Shown here: piece after piece, positions 23,977 to 24,000 of the stretch
How positions within the stretch are numbered: position 1 is the first letter of the stretch
How the letters are laid out: each line of letters opens with the position of its first letter
DNA from: Cellvibrionales bacterium UBA5860
Lineage (GTDB): Bacteria; Pseudomonadota; Gammaproteobacteria; Pseudomonadales; Porticoccaceae
Direction: 5' to 3'
Assembly (NCBI GenBank): GCA_002431545.1
Contig: DJFY01000086.1
Location: 2,848-26,847 of the forward strand
Length of the DNA stretch: 24,000 nucleotides
The notes under the pieces: generated by a model
What the model saw: only the letters and a program-made list of their open reading frames with translations
The model's database searches: none
What the model was told of the DNA's origin: nothing
Made by a program: the position numbers and the translations under genes

Positions 23977-24000
23977 AGATCACCCGCCGTCTGCCAGTTC

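Noticed and set aside
23973-24000. A few codons of an upstream minus-strand ORF, possibly the 3' end of an amgK-like kinase, ending at a TGA that overlaps the murU GTG start.
   Set aside because: Fewer than 10 codons are visible, and two frames are open to the window edge. The gene cannot be supported from this window alone.
1-24000. A search by eye for tRNA/rRNA genes, CRISPR repeat-spacer arrays, transposase/integrase genes and terminal inverted repeats around the CuMMO locus.
   Set aside because: I found none. The only periodic repeats are the two short tandem duplications upstream of xmoC and the coding DPF repeat. No ORF shows DDE, tyrosine-recombinase or serine-recombinase features.

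Overview
This looks like a chromosomal window from a gammaproteobacterium, judged from the leuS-lptE-holA synteny and a murU gene. GC content is moderate.

From about 8 kb to 24 kb the content is ordinary housekeeping and envelope genes. These are an HDOD signalling protein, a 2-hydroxyacid dehydrogenase, an Rdx/SelW-like CxxC protein, an 852-aa MMPL/RND exporter, leuS, lptE, holA, an LpxL/HtrB-like acyltransferase, a DUF815-type P-loop ATPase, a VanZ-like protein, an acyl-CoA ligase, an AspC/TyrB-class aminotransferase and murU.

The region worth attention is 1.4-7.5 kb on the minus strand. It holds a copper membrane monooxygenase (CuMMO, pmo/amo family) operon in C-A-B order. The CuB, CuC and CuD ligand motifs are all intact, but the sequences look divergent from what I recall of methanotroph and nitrifier enzymes.

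Three further genes follow xmoB with overlapping or nearly abutting junctions. All three encode membrane-tethered periplasmic proteins:
- a PmoD-slot protein whose predicted mature N-terminus is a histidine;
- a two-domain multicopper oxidase with swapped motif order (L3-L4 then L1-L2), a long N-terminal extension and TM helices at both ends;
- a type-1 cupredoxin with a His/Met-rich tract and a C-terminal anchor.

Other features of the locus:
- an intrinsic-terminator-like hairpin between xmoC and xmoA;
- two sets of tandem direct repeats in the roughly 430-nt upstream region;
- apparently lower GC than the housekeeping flank, from rough hand counts only;
- a second MMPL/RND transporter gene on the far side, truncated by the window edge.

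I saw no tRNA, rRNA, CRISPR array, integrase or transposase.
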